DNA of 64,000 nt, from NCBI GenBank assembly GCA_963705305.1, contig OY970067.1:3904001-3968000 (forward strand), written 5' to 3'. The stretch comes from an uncultured Methylomirabilota bacterium. Its GTDB lineage: Bacteria; Methylomirabilota; Methylomirabilia; Methylomirabilales; 2-02-FULL-66-22. Made by a program: the position numbers and the translations under genes. The notes under the pieces were generated by a model that had not been told where the DNA came from, did not search any database, and worked only from the letters and a program-made list of their open reading frames with translations. Numbering within the stretch: the stretch's first letter is position 1; each line of letters starts with the position of its first letter. This document shows positions 41,472 to 50,312 of this stretch, in pieces.

Positions 41472-42647
41472 ATGGCGCTGGAAGGCACGTTTCGCGACTT
41501 CCATATCGCCGATGTGATGCAGCTGATCGGGCTGCAGCGGAAGACGGGAACCCTGCTTCTGGAGGGAGAGGAGGATTCCCTGACCCTGCTCTTCCAGGAC
41601 GGGGCCATCGTGGCCGCCCAGTCCGCCCGCGCGCCCTGGGAGCAGCGACTGGCCCGCACGCTGGTTCGCAGGGGCCTGTTGACGTCCAGCCACTACGACC
41701 AGGTGCTGGCGGCGCAGCGCGAGACCGGCCACGCGCTCGGGCCCCTGCTTGTGGAACGGGGGCTCGTGCCCGCCAAAGAATGGGAGGCTCTTCAGACCAT
41801 CGAGATAGAGGAAGCGCTCTACCGTCCGTTCCGCTGGCGGACCGGCCGCTACCGCTTCATCTCCCAGGCCGCCGTCGAGATTGCGGGGGGACGGGTGGGG
41901 CCCATCGGCGCCGAGGCCCTCCTGATGGAGGGGCTGCGCCGCGCGGATGAATGGCCGCTGATAGTGGAGCAGGTCCCCGGGGCCGGGGCGGTGTTCCGCC
42001 TGGCGACCCGTGCGGGGAAGCTGCGCCCCAGTCAGATCAGCGAGGCCGAGGTGAAGATGCTGAGCCTGGTGGACGGAAAGTCCACTGTGCAGGAGCTTGT
42101 CGAGGCCAGCGGTCTACGCGAGTTCGAGGCCTGGCAGGGCCTGGCAAACCTGGTGAAGGCGGGAGCCATTCAGGTGGTCGCGCCGGTTCCCGCATCCTCG
42201 CCGGCGGTCGCGCAGGCCGCCCCCCCGCCGCGCCCGGCTCCCGGCCTTGCCCTGGGGGCGTCGCCGCCCTGGGTCGGACGGGCAGCCTGGGGGTTGGCGG
42301 CGCTCTGGCTCCTGTTCGCGGCGCTAGTTTTCCGCGTGGACCCGCTCGGTGTGATTCCGCTGTCGGGCGCTCCGGCGAGATCCTTGAACCAGGTGCGCGT
42401 TCTCCGCGCCCAGCGCGAGCTGACCGAGCTCGTCGGCGCACTGGAGCGATACACCATCCTGACGGGTGTGGTTCCTACCAGCCTGGATGCGCTCGTGGGG
42501 GCGGACGGATCGCTGCTGGACCGCTTGCGGGACCCCTGGGGCCATCTGTACCTGGTGCGTCCGGCCGGAGGGAGTTTCAGCGTATTGAGCACCGGACCGG
42601 ATGGACGCACGGGCACTCCGGACGACGTCATTCTCACCGACGACTGA
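41472..42647 (+). CDS. DUF4388 (PATAN-like) protein with a TM helix and a C-terminal GspG-like pseudopilin domain
   Basis: MALEGTF.DF.IADVMQLI...RKTGTL, LLMEGLRRADEW; C-terminal DPWG..Y..S.GPDG..GT.DD. Confidence 0.8.
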   Translation: MALEGTFRDFHIADVMQLIGLQRKTGTLLLEGEEDSLTLLFQDGAIVAAQSARAPWEQRLARTLVRRGLLTSSHYDQVLAAQRETGHALGPLLVERGLVPAKEWEALQTIEIEEALYRPFRWRTGRYRFISQAAVEIAGGRVGPIGAEALLMEGLRRADEWPLIVEQVPGAGAVFRLATRAGKLRPSQISEAEVKMLSLVDGKSTVQELVEASGLREFEAWQGLANLVKAGAIQVVAPVPASSPAVAQAAPPPRPAPGLALGASPPWVGRAAWGLAALWLLFAALVFRVDPLGVIPLSGAPARSLNQVRVLRAQRELTELVGALERYTILTGVVPTSLDALVGADGSLLDRLRDPWGHLYLVRPAGGSFSVLSTGPDGRTGTPDDVILTDD

Positions 42648-42674
42648 CGGGTGGCGGGTTGACGGGTGGCGGGT
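42645..42674 (+). repeat. perfect 15-bp tandem duplication upstream of the protease promoter
   Basis: TGACGGGTGGCGGGT x2, immediately followed by TTGACA. Confidence 0.9.
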
Positions 42675-42703
42675 TTGACACCCCTCCCTGTGTGTGTTAG
42701 AAA
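42675..42703 (+). promoter_or_regulatory. sigma70-type promoter for the DegQ-like protease
   Basis: TTGACA-17nt-TAGAAA with TG extension. Confidence 0.55.
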
Positions 42704-42744
42704 GGAGCGTCCTGGTCACCCGTCGCGCCCGGGCGGAGGTCCCT

Positions 42745-44211
42745 GTGCGTTTCCGAGCGTCCCGATCGGTATCATACCTCCTCGTCATTCTGGTCGGCAT
42801 GCTCTTGCGGCTCCCCCCGGCGCTGGCCGCTGGCGATGCATCCGGCGTGCTGCAATCGCTCCAGGAGGCATTTGTCCAGGTGGCCCAGGCCGCCAAGCCG
42901 GCCGTCGTCAATGTCGCCACGACACAACATCCCCGGGCGCTTGAGCCTCGCCGCGGCCCCCAGATTCCACCCTCCTTTCGGGGCCCCTTCCGCGAATTCT
43001 TCGGCGAGGACTTCTTCAATCAGTTCTTCGGAGAGCAGCCTCAGCGAGAGCGGCGCAGTCTGGGGTCGGGCGTCATCGTCGACAAACGGGGCTACATCCT
43101 GACGAACAACCATGTCATCGAGCAGGCGGATCAGATCGAGGTGCGTCTGTCGGACAATCGAAAGTTCCAGGCCTCCGTGGTCGGGAAGGATCCCAAAACC
43201 GATCTGGCGGTTATCAAGATCGATGCCGCGGGCGATCTGCCGGTGGCCACGCTCGGCAACTCGGATATGATCCGCACCGGCGAGTGGGCCATCGCCATCG
43301 GAAACCCGTTCGGGCTGGACCAGACCGTGACCGTGGGGGTGATCAGCGGGGTGGGGCGATCCGACGTCGGCATCACGACTTACGAGGATTTCATCCAGAC
43401 CGACGCCTCCATCAATCCCGGAAATTCGGGGGGACCGCTGGTCAACCTGCGGGGGGAGGTGGTGGGGATCAACACCGCCATCGTGGCCACGGGGCAGGGC
43501 ATCGGGTTCGCCATCCCCATCAACATGGCGCGAAGCGTCATGGAGGCACTCATCGCCAAGGGGAAGGTGACCCGGGGATGGCTGGGCATCGGCATCCAGG
43601 AGCTGACGGACAACCTGGCAGCCCAGTTCGGGGTGAAGCCGGGGGACGGGGTGCTGGTGGGGAGCGTCATGAAGGATGGCCCCGCGGAGCGCGGCGGGAT
43701 GAAGGTCGGGGATATCGTGCAGGAATTCGGGGGAACGAAGATCTCCGGCGTCCATCAACTCCAGCGCGAGGTCGCGCAGCGGCCGGCGAATTCTTCCGTT
43801 CTGGTAACGGTCCTGCGGAGCGGGCAGCCCGTGGCGCTTAGCGTCGTTCTGGGCGAGCAGCCCGGGGAGATGACGGCGGGTCGGGCGGTGGGGCCGGAGC
43901 CGAGCCCGGCGCCGGTCGAGCCCGCTCAGCGCTTCGGCTTGCACGTGCAGGACTTGACCCCCGCGCTGCGAACGCAGCCCAAGCAGCCCGCCCTGGAGGG
44001 CATCCTGGTGTCGGGGGTGGAAGATGACGGTCCCGCGGCGCGGGCTGGCATCCGGACTGGGGACGTCATCACCGAGGCGAACCGCACACAGGTGCGGAGC
44101 ACTCGAGACTTTGCCGAGATCCTCAGCCGCCTGCCGGGAGACGCCAATCTCCTGCTGCTGGTGCAGCGGGAGGGCAGCTCCCGTTTCGTTGTGCTGGTCC
44201 CCAAGGGGTGA
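42745..44211 (+). CDS. Do/DegQ family serine endoprotease with two PDZ domains
   Basis: GSGVIV, TNNHV, DLAVIK, IQTDASINPGNSGGPL. Confidence 0.96.
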   Translation: MRFRASRSVSYLLVILVGMLLRLPPALAAGDASGVLQSLQEAFVQVAQAAKPAVVNVATTQHPRALEPRRGPQIPPSFRGPFREFFGEDFFNQFFGEQPQRERRSLGSGVIVDKRGYILTNNHVIEQADQIEVRLSDNRKFQASVVGKDPKTDLAVIKIDAAGDLPVATLGNSDMIRTGEWAIAIGNPFGLDQTVTVGVISGVGRSDVGITTYEDFIQTDASINPGNSGGPLVNLRGEVVGINTAIVATGQGIGFAIPINMARSVMEALIAKGKVTRGWLGIGIQELTDNLAAQFGVKPGDGVLVGSVMKDGPAERGGMKVGDIVQEFGGTKISGVHQLQREVAQRPANSSVLVTVLRSGQPVALSVVLGEQPGEMTAGRAVGPEPSPAPVEPAQRFGLHVQDLTPALRTQPKQPALEGILVSGVEDDGPAARAGIRTGDVITEANRTQVRSTRDFAEILSRLPGDANLLLLVQREGSSRFVVLVPKG

Positions 44212-44277
44212 TCGTCGGGACCGTAGCTGCCTCGCCTGTCGCCCCGTCGCGCGTCCCGTTTCCCTCGTGGAGACCTG

Positions 44278-45135
44278 ATGCCTCGGCACACAGGATCGTT
44301 CTATGAGGAAATCAGCGACGATACTCTGGCGGCATACATTCGGCGGATCGTCCGAATTCCGCTCCTCAGCAAGGAGGATGAGCTTCAGCAGGGCACGCTG
44401 ATCCAGCAGGGGGATGAGCGGGCGTTCCGGAAACTCGTCGAGGCCAACCTGCGGTTCGTCGTCAAGGTGGCCATGCGGTACCAGGGGTGTGGCCTGGCCC
44501 TCCTGGACCTCATCAATGAGGGGAATCTCGGCCTGCTCGAGGCGGCACGGCGGTATTCGCCCGATCACGATGTCAAGTTCATCACCTACGCTGTATGGTG
44601 GATCCGGCAGTCCATCATGCAGGCGCTGGCGGCGGGCGGGGGAGCCGTTCGTCTGCCCATCCGGAAGGCGCGTCTGGCGTCGAAGATCCGCGAGGCGCGC
44701 GCGGATCTCACCCAGGAGCAGCAGGAAGAGCCGACGGAAGCGGCATTGGGCGAGGCCCTGGATCTCAAGCCGGGAGAGGTCGAGGATCTGCTGCGAGGGA
44801 TGGGTCCCCAGACCTCCCTGGATGACGAGAGTCATATCGGCGAGCACCTTGACCTCCAGCTGTCGCGGCGGAGCGTGATCCCGCCCGCCGACCAGGAGCT
44901 GATCAGACACGCCTTCCGGGAGGAGATCGAGCGCATCCTCAGCCACCTCAAGCCGCGAGAGCGCGAGGTCATCGAGCTGCGGTTTGGGCTGGGGAAGGAA
45001 GAGCCGCAGACCCTGGAAGAGGTCGGCCGGCGGCTCAAGCTGTCCCGCGAACGCATCCGCCAGATCGAGGAGCGCGCCAAGCAAAAGCTGAAGTCGATGG
45101 CGCGCAGCCGCGAGTTGAGGGAGTTCTTGAGTTGA
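44278..45135 (+). CDS. RpoD/RpoS-family sigma-70 factor lacking region 1.1
   Basis: LVEANLRFVV, DLINEGNLGL, KFITYAVWWIRQ, TLEEVG..LSRERIRQIE. Confidence 0.93.
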   Translation: MPRHTGSFYEEISDDTLAAYIRRIVRIPLLSKEDELQQGTLIQQGDERAFRKLVEANLRFVVKVAMRYQGCGLALLDLINEGNLGLLEAARRYSPDHDVKFITYAVWWIRQSIMQALAAGGGAVRLPIRKARLASKIREARADLTQEQQEEPTEAALGEALDLKPGEVEDLLRGMGPQTSLDDESHIGEHLDLQLSRRSVIPPADQELIRHAFREEIERILSHLKPREREVIELRFGLGKEEPQTLEEVGRRLKLSRERIRQIEERAKQKLKSMARSRELREFLS

Positions 45136-45163
45136 GTGCTAGGGAAAAGGAATCAGGGACGTG

Positions 45164-46165
45164 ATGAGCCAGGGCAGCGCGGCATCCCATTTTTCCCGCG
45201 TGTTGATCGTGGATGATGCCGAGGCCATGCGGCTGGCTCTGGAGGATTGTCTCCGCCTTCAGGGCTACGAGGTCGTGGCGGCCGCCTCGGGCCGCGAGGC
45301 GCTGGACCTTCTGCGGTCGCAGCGCTTCGATCTGTTGCTCACCGACCAGGCCATGCCCGGGCTGTCGGGGTTGGAGCTCACCGAGGCGGTTGCCCGCATC
45401 CATCCCGACATCCCCATCGTCCTGCTCACCGGGCACAGTGATATCGAGCTGGCCAGGGACTCGCTCCGGCGCGGGGCCAGCGACTTCGTCACCAAGCCCG
45501 TCAACATCCGCGAGCTCCCCATCCTGATCGAGCGAAATCTGACCCGCCGCCGCCTCGAGGTGGCGCGCCTGAAGGAGCGGGAGGCCCAGGTGCTATTCGA
45601 AGCCATCAAGGCGCTGGCGTCCGCGGTGGACGCTAAAGATCCGTATACCGCCCGGCATTCGATGCAGGTCACCCGCCTGTCGCTGGCGCTGGCGGATGCG
45701 GTGGCCCTCCCCAGCGATGACCGGTACGTCCTGGAGCTGGCGGCCTGGATGCATGATGTGGGCAAGATCGGCGTGCCGGATCATATTCTCACCAAGCCGG
45801 CCCCCCTGACCCCCAAAGAGCTCGCCGTGATGAAGATCCATCCGGTGAAGGGGGGAGAGATCGTCGGACAGATCGAGGAGCTGGTCTTGGTGGCCGATGT
45901 CATTCGGCACCATCACGAGCGGATCGACGGGGACGGCTACCCGGACGGGCTGCGGGGCGAGGCCATCCCTCTGGCCTCCCGTGTCATCTTCATCGCCGAT
46001 GCCTTCGACGCCATGACCGCCAATCGGAGCTACCGAATGGGTCTGGGGCGGGATTATGCCATGGCGGAGCTGGTTCGGCAGGCCGGCAGCCAGTTCGACC
46101 CGGACCTCGTGAGGGCGTTCGTGAATTCCGTGGACGTTGCCGCGATCCTGGATGGCCTCACCTGA
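45164..46165 (+). CDS. response regulator with an HD-GYP phosphodiesterase domain
   Basis: REC (LIVDD, LLTDQAMPG, KP); DPYT.RHS, HDVGK, HHHERIDGDGYP. Confidence 0.93.
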   Translation: MSQGSAASHFSRVLIVDDAEAMRLALEDCLRLQGYEVVAAASGREALDLLRSQRFDLLLTDQAMPGLSGLELTEAVARIHPDIPIVLLTGHSDIELARDSLRRGASDFVTKPVNIRELPILIERNLTRRRLEVARLKEREAQVLFEAIKALASAVDAKDPYTARHSMQVTRLSLALADAVALPSDDRYVLELAAWMHDVGKIGVPDHILTKPAPLTPKELAVMKIHPVKGGEIVGQIEELVLVADVIRHHHERIDGDGYPDGLRGEAIPLASRVIFIADAFDAMTANRSYRMGLGRDYAMAELVRQAGSQFDPDLVRAFVNSVDVAAILDGLT

Positions 46166-46535
46166 CCGTCGCGCCTTCGGCGGTGCGGCTCCTCCTTCGG
46201 TTTGCCCGCGCTTGTCGCCTTCTTGCCGGCTCCATTCCACGTCGAGTCATCGATCCTGGCCGAGCTCTCCGTGCGTCACGCGCCGCCTCCGTCGGCTGCG
46301 GTCCGGGGAAAGCCCTTGGTGCCCTTTGTGTGCTTTGATATACTTTTTCACGGTTGAGGAAGGTGCGGGGACGAAGTGGGAGCGGCTGGCCGAGGAGGAG
46401 TGGGACCTGCCAGACAATTTACGCGAGCAGGCCCGGAGGCCCCGAAGGGGGAGGGCTGTGTTGGGGGACGGTCGGCCAGCCCGGCAGACATTGCCGCCTT
46501 GCCCCGGGACAGGGCGCAGCCGGACGACGGCGCCT

Positions 46536-46772
46536 AGCAGGCCGCTGAAAAAGGCCCATCTGCGGAGACCCGTCCCTCGGACGGGTACCCCGCGCGCTCG
46601 CGCGGCGCTGCGACGTACGTGTGAGTACGCCTCGCGCCTGCACCCATCCTCACGGATGGGTACCCGGCGCGCCGCCTTGCTGTTCGACAGGCTCACGGTC
46701 CCGAGCGAAGTCGAGGGACATCTGGACCTTTTTGAGCAGCCTGGGCGAAGAGGAGTTTTTCAGGATCCTGCT
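46536..46772. mobile_element. MITE-like element with IS5-like ends and a nested hairpin insert
   Basis: left end AGCAGGCCGCTGAAAAA vs reverse complement of right end AGCAGGATCCTGAAAAA (14/17); internal hairpins; no transposase. Confidence 0.7.
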
Positions 46773-46790
46773 GGGCTGCGGCGGGGAGGG

Positions 46791-47504
46791 GTGTGCACCG
46801 CGTGGGCGGCCGCCTGTTGGATTCTTCTTTCATGCGTGGCCGGGGAGCCCCGGGCGGCCACGGAGGATCCCTCCCTCATCCAGGCGCGGCGCCAGATGGT
46901 GGTCCAGCAGCTCCGAGGGCGCGATATCCGCGATCCGCGCGTCCTGGAGGCGATGGAAAAGGTCCCGCGCCATCTCTTCGTCAGCCCGTCGCTCGTATCC
47001 CAGGCCTACAGCGACCAACCCCTCCCTATCGGAGAAGGCCAGACCATCTCCCAACCCTACATCGTTGCCCTCATGACACAGCTTCTCGAGCTACGCGGCA
47101 GCGAGCGCGTCTTGGAGGTGGGGACCGGGTCGGGGTACCAGGCGGCCGTGCTGGCCGAGGTGGGGGCGGAAGTCTACACCATCGAGATTCGCCCGGATCT
47201 GGCGGCCAGCGCGGCGCGGCGCTTGCGCGCGCAGGGTTACGGGCGCGTGAGGGTGCGAGCGGGAGACGGATATCAAGGATGGCCGTCGGCAGCCCCCTTC
47301 GATGCGATCCTGGTGACGGCGGGGGCGACCCGCATTCCCCGGTCCCTGATCCGCCAGCTCAAAGAGGGAGGGCGCCTGGTCATCCCCGTGGGGACTCAGC
47401 CGGGCTTCCAGGAGCTGGTGGTGGGCCGGAAGGAGGGAGGATCGCTTGCCACGCGCTCCGTGGCGCCGGTGCGCTTTGTTCCCTTGAAAGAGCCGCCGCC
47501 CTGA
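46791..47504 (+). CDS. pcm: protein-L-isoaspartate O-methyltransferase
   Basis: VPRHLFV, GQTISQPY, VLEVGTGSGYQAA, GDGYQGW..APFDAI, VRFVPL; start approximate. Confidence 0.95.
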   Translation: MCTAWAAACWILLSCVAGEPRAATEDPSLIQARRQMVVQQLRGRDIRDPRVLEAMEKVPRHLFVSPSLVSQAYSDQPLPIGEGQTISQPYIVALMTQLLELRGSERVLEVGTGSGYQAAVLAEVGAEVYTIEIRPDLAASAARRLRAQGYGRVRVRAGDGYQGWPSAAPFDAILVTAGATRIPRSLIRQLKEGGRLVIPVGTQPGFQELVVGRKEGGSLATRSVAPVRFVPLKEPPP

Positions 47505-47664
47505 GTCCCACGGCCTCGCCGATGGCCGGCGCGCACAGCGAGGCTCCATCCCGGCGCCGCTCCCCGGATGTCACGCCGGTGCGCCGTGCTTCCACAGCGA
47601 TGCGCTGCGATTGCGGCGTCCGCGCGGACCGCGCATATTGTTGCATGCTGTGAGGAGGGGGTCT

Positions 47665-48720
47665 ATGGCCAAGCCGTTCGCCGTGGAACTGGTTGAGGGC
47701 CAGCCGGTCACGGCCTTCTTCCTGATCAAGCACATCCAGCTTCGCCAGCGGCGGACGGGGGAGCGGTATCTGACCCTGGTTCTTGCCGACCGGACCGGCG
47801 AAGTGGCGGCCGTCATGTGGGAGGGCGCGGAAGGGGCGGCGGAAGCGCTGGGGGAAGGGGATATCGTCAAGGTCCAGGGCCTTCTGGGGACCTACCAGCG
47901 CGAGCGACAGATCACCGTCAGCCGATTACGGAAGGCGCTGGCCGAAGAAGTCTGCCCGGAGGATTTCCTGCCGCGCAGCGAATATGATCCGGCGCAGCTC
48001 CTGGACCGGCTTCGAGCGGTTGCCGCCTCCATACGGCAGCCTCACCTGCGTCGCCTGCTGGCCGCCCTGCTGGCAGATGAGCGACTGACTACGGCCCTGG
48101 TCGCCGCCCCGGCGGCCAAGAGCATCCATCATGCATTTCTGGGCGGCCTGCTGGAGCACACCGTCTCGGTCGTGGGCCTCTGCGAGCGGTTGGCCGAATA
48201 TTATCCGGCCCTGGACCGAGACCTCTTGCTGGCCGCGGCGATCCTGCACGATCTAGGGAAGACGCGCGAGTTATGCTGGGAACGGACCTTCGACTACACG
48301 GACGCAGGCCGGCTGCTGGGCCATATTGCGTTGGGCGCATTTCTGGTGGAGGAGCGGATCCGCGCCGTTCCCGACTTCCCAGACGAGCTGGCGCAGCGGC
48401 TGCTACATTGCATCCTCAGCCACCACGGGGAGCTGGAATGGGGATCGCCCAAGCGGCCCAAGACCCTGGAGGCGATCGTCTTGCACCATGCCGAGAATCT
48501 GGACGGCAAGATCAACGGATTCCTCACCTTCGCCCGCCGGTACCCCGATCCCCAGCATCCGGGCTGGACGCAATACAACAAGGCACTGGATCGCTTTCTG
48601 TACTTCGGCCGAGAGACCCCGGAGGGGGAAGAGGAAGCTCTCGACGCCCCTTCCGCCCAGGAGGGGGCCGGAGCAAGTCCGCCGCCCCCGCGAGACGCCC
48701 ATGATCCCGTTGAGGGATAG
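47665..48720 (+). CDS. YhaM-like OB-fold + HD-domain 3'-5' exoribonuclease
   Basis: YL.L.L.DRTGE, PAAKSIHHAFLGGLLEHT, LHDLGK, SHHGELEWGSP. Confidence 0.9.
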   Translation: MAKPFAVELVEGQPVTAFFLIKHIQLRQRRTGERYLTLVLADRTGEVAAVMWEGAEGAAEALGEGDIVKVQGLLGTYQRERQITVSRLRKALAEEVCPEDFLPRSEYDPAQLLDRLRAVAASIRQPHLRRLLAALLADERLTTALVAAPAAKSIHHAFLGGLLEHTVSVVGLCERLAEYYPALDRDLLLAAAILHDLGKTRELCWERTFDYTDAGRLLGHIALGAFLVEERIRAVPDFPDELAQRLLHCILSHHGELEWGSPKRPKTLEAIVLHHAENLDGKINGFLTFARRYPDPQHPGWTQYNKALDRFLYFGRETPEGEEEALDAPSAQEGAGASPPPPRDAHDPVEG

Positions 48721-49405
48721 TATCCCCACACGCCGGACGCCGGTGGTGACCTATCTGATCATCGGTCTCAATACGTACGTGTTCTTCAAAGAGTACCTGC
48801 TCGGCGGCTGGGGCAGCCAGCGGTTTATCTTCTATTACGGCCTGATTCCCTGCGGGGTGACCGGAGCCTGCGAGATCGTCGGGCGGGCGTTCAGCTCCGA
48901 ACTCACGCTACTGACCTCGATGTTTGTCCATGCCGGGTTCCTCCATTATGCTGGCAACATGCTGTATCTTTATATCTTCGGCAATAACATCGAGGACTCC
49001 ATGGGGAGGCTCCGCTTCGCGCTGTTTTACCTCATCTCCGGACTGGGGGCCGCCTTCGCGCAGATCCTGGTGAACCCGGCCTCGCGCATCCCGATGGTCG
49101 GGGCCAGCGGCGCCATCTCGGGGGTGCTGGGGGCCTACCTGCTGCTCTTTCCCCGCGCACGCGTGCTGACCCTCATCCCCCTCGGATTTTTTACCCAGCT
49201 CATCGAGATCCCCGCGATGATCGTGTTGGGATTTTGGATCATCGTCCAGATGCTGAACGGCCTTGTGACCTACAATTTCGAGGGGGGCGGCGTGGCGGTA
49301 TTCGCCCATATCGGCGGCTTCTTTGTCGGCATGCTGCTGGTGGGGCTCTTCAAGAGGCGAGGGGTCCCGTGGGGCTGGCAGCGGCGACGGATCTGGATCG
49401 GTTAG
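48701..49405 (+). CDS. rhomboid intramembrane serine protease
   Basis: MIPLRD, SMFVHAG..H..GNM, VGASGAISG, AHIGG. Confidence 0.93.
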   Translation: MIPLRDSIPTRRTPVVTYLIIGLNTYVFFKEYLLGGWGSQRFIFYYGLIPCGVTGACEIVGRAFSSELTLLTSMFVHAGFLHYAGNMLYLYIFGNNIEDSMGRLRFALFYLISGLGAAFAQILVNPASRIPMVGASGAISGVLGAYLLLFPRARVLTLIPLGFFTQLIEIPAMIVLGFWIIVQMLNGLVTYNFEGGGVAVFAHIGGFFVGMLLVGLFKRRGVPWGWQRRRIWIG

Positions 49406-49510
49406 CGGCGTTCGGCATCCTGGTGGCGAGGATTGCGGATCGGGGCCAGCTGCGAGACTCGGCTGGTGTTCCTCGGCCGGACGCGTGCACGGGGAGCAGG
49501 GACGGCGGCT

Positions 49511-49888
49511 ATGGTGCGTCTGACTCGGGAGGATTTCGAAGCGCTGGTATCCCAGGCGGTTGACTCCCTGCCGGCGAGATTTCTTCAACACCTGGAGAAT
49601 GTCGAGATCGTGGTGGAAGATCGCCCGACTGCCGAGGATCTGGAGCTGGCCGGGATCCCCCTGGGGGGAACCCTGCTCGGTCTGTACCACGGGATTCCCC
49701 AGAACCAGCGCGGCAGCTGGTACGGGAATGTTCTCCCGGATAGAGTTGTGATCTACCAGAGGTCGATCGAGGCGATCGCCGGGACAAAGGCGGATGTCCG
49801 TCGCCAGGTTCGTATTACGATCATGCACGAAATTGGACACTACTTCGGCCTTCAGGAAGACGAATTGGCGGATGCGGGATACCAGTGA
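49511..49888 (+). CDS. zincin-like metallopeptidase family protein
   Basis: LLGLYHGIP, PDRVVIY, HEIGHYFG. Confidence 0.88.
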   Translation: MVRLTREDFEALVSQAVDSLPARFLQHLENVEIVVEDRPTAEDLELAGIPLGGTLLGLYHGIPQNQRGSWYGNVLPDRVVIYQRSIEAIAGTKADVRRQVRITIMHEIGHYFGLQEDELADAGYQ

Positions 49889-50257
49889 GGCCTCTGAAGT
49901 TTCTGGGCTATTTCGAGATTGAGCACGGATTCCTGCCGCAACCCCTCGTGCCGTGCCTGCCTCATCGGAACGCCTTTTGTGATCATCGGCATGAGATAGA
50001 TCCGAATTTTGAGACGAGTTTAAATTTCAAGGCAATAAACTTTTTTATATGATGAATTAGATTCGATTTATTTTATAAGCAGCTGAAAATACAACATAAA
50101 TTATTATAGGATTAACAACGAATCATAACCCGCTGAGAAAAGGGTTGAGAGAGTCCGGTCATGGCCCGACAGCAATGGATGCAGGGGGCTCATGAGAAAT
50201 GGGATTGACGGGACGGAGGTCGGGGTCGCGTCAATGGGCTCCAAGGGGTGCGGCGGG

Positions 50258-50286
50258 TTGACAGGGAACGTTCGTGCCAGTACACT
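50258..50286 (+). promoter_or_regulatory. sigma70 promoter for thrC
   Basis: TTGACA-17nt-TACACT. Confidence 0.7.
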
Positions 50287-50312
50287 CCACCGAATCGTGA
50301 CTTCGTTCGAGG

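Noticed and set aside
46137..46790. Long N-terminal extension of pcm in the ORF track
   Set aside because: It is read-through of intergenic DNA and the MITE; Pcm similarity starts near 46880.
49938..49953. Minus-strand sigma54-like motif CGGCACGAGGGGTTGC
   Set aside because: The GG-to-GC spacing is 11 nt rather than the required 10, and it points antisense into the metallopeptidase gene.
50127..50257. Possible SAM or lysine riboswitch upstream of thrC
   Set aside because: Only loose GAGAG/GCAA similarity, and the region lies upstream of a strong promoter at 50258-50286, so it would not be in that 5' UTR.
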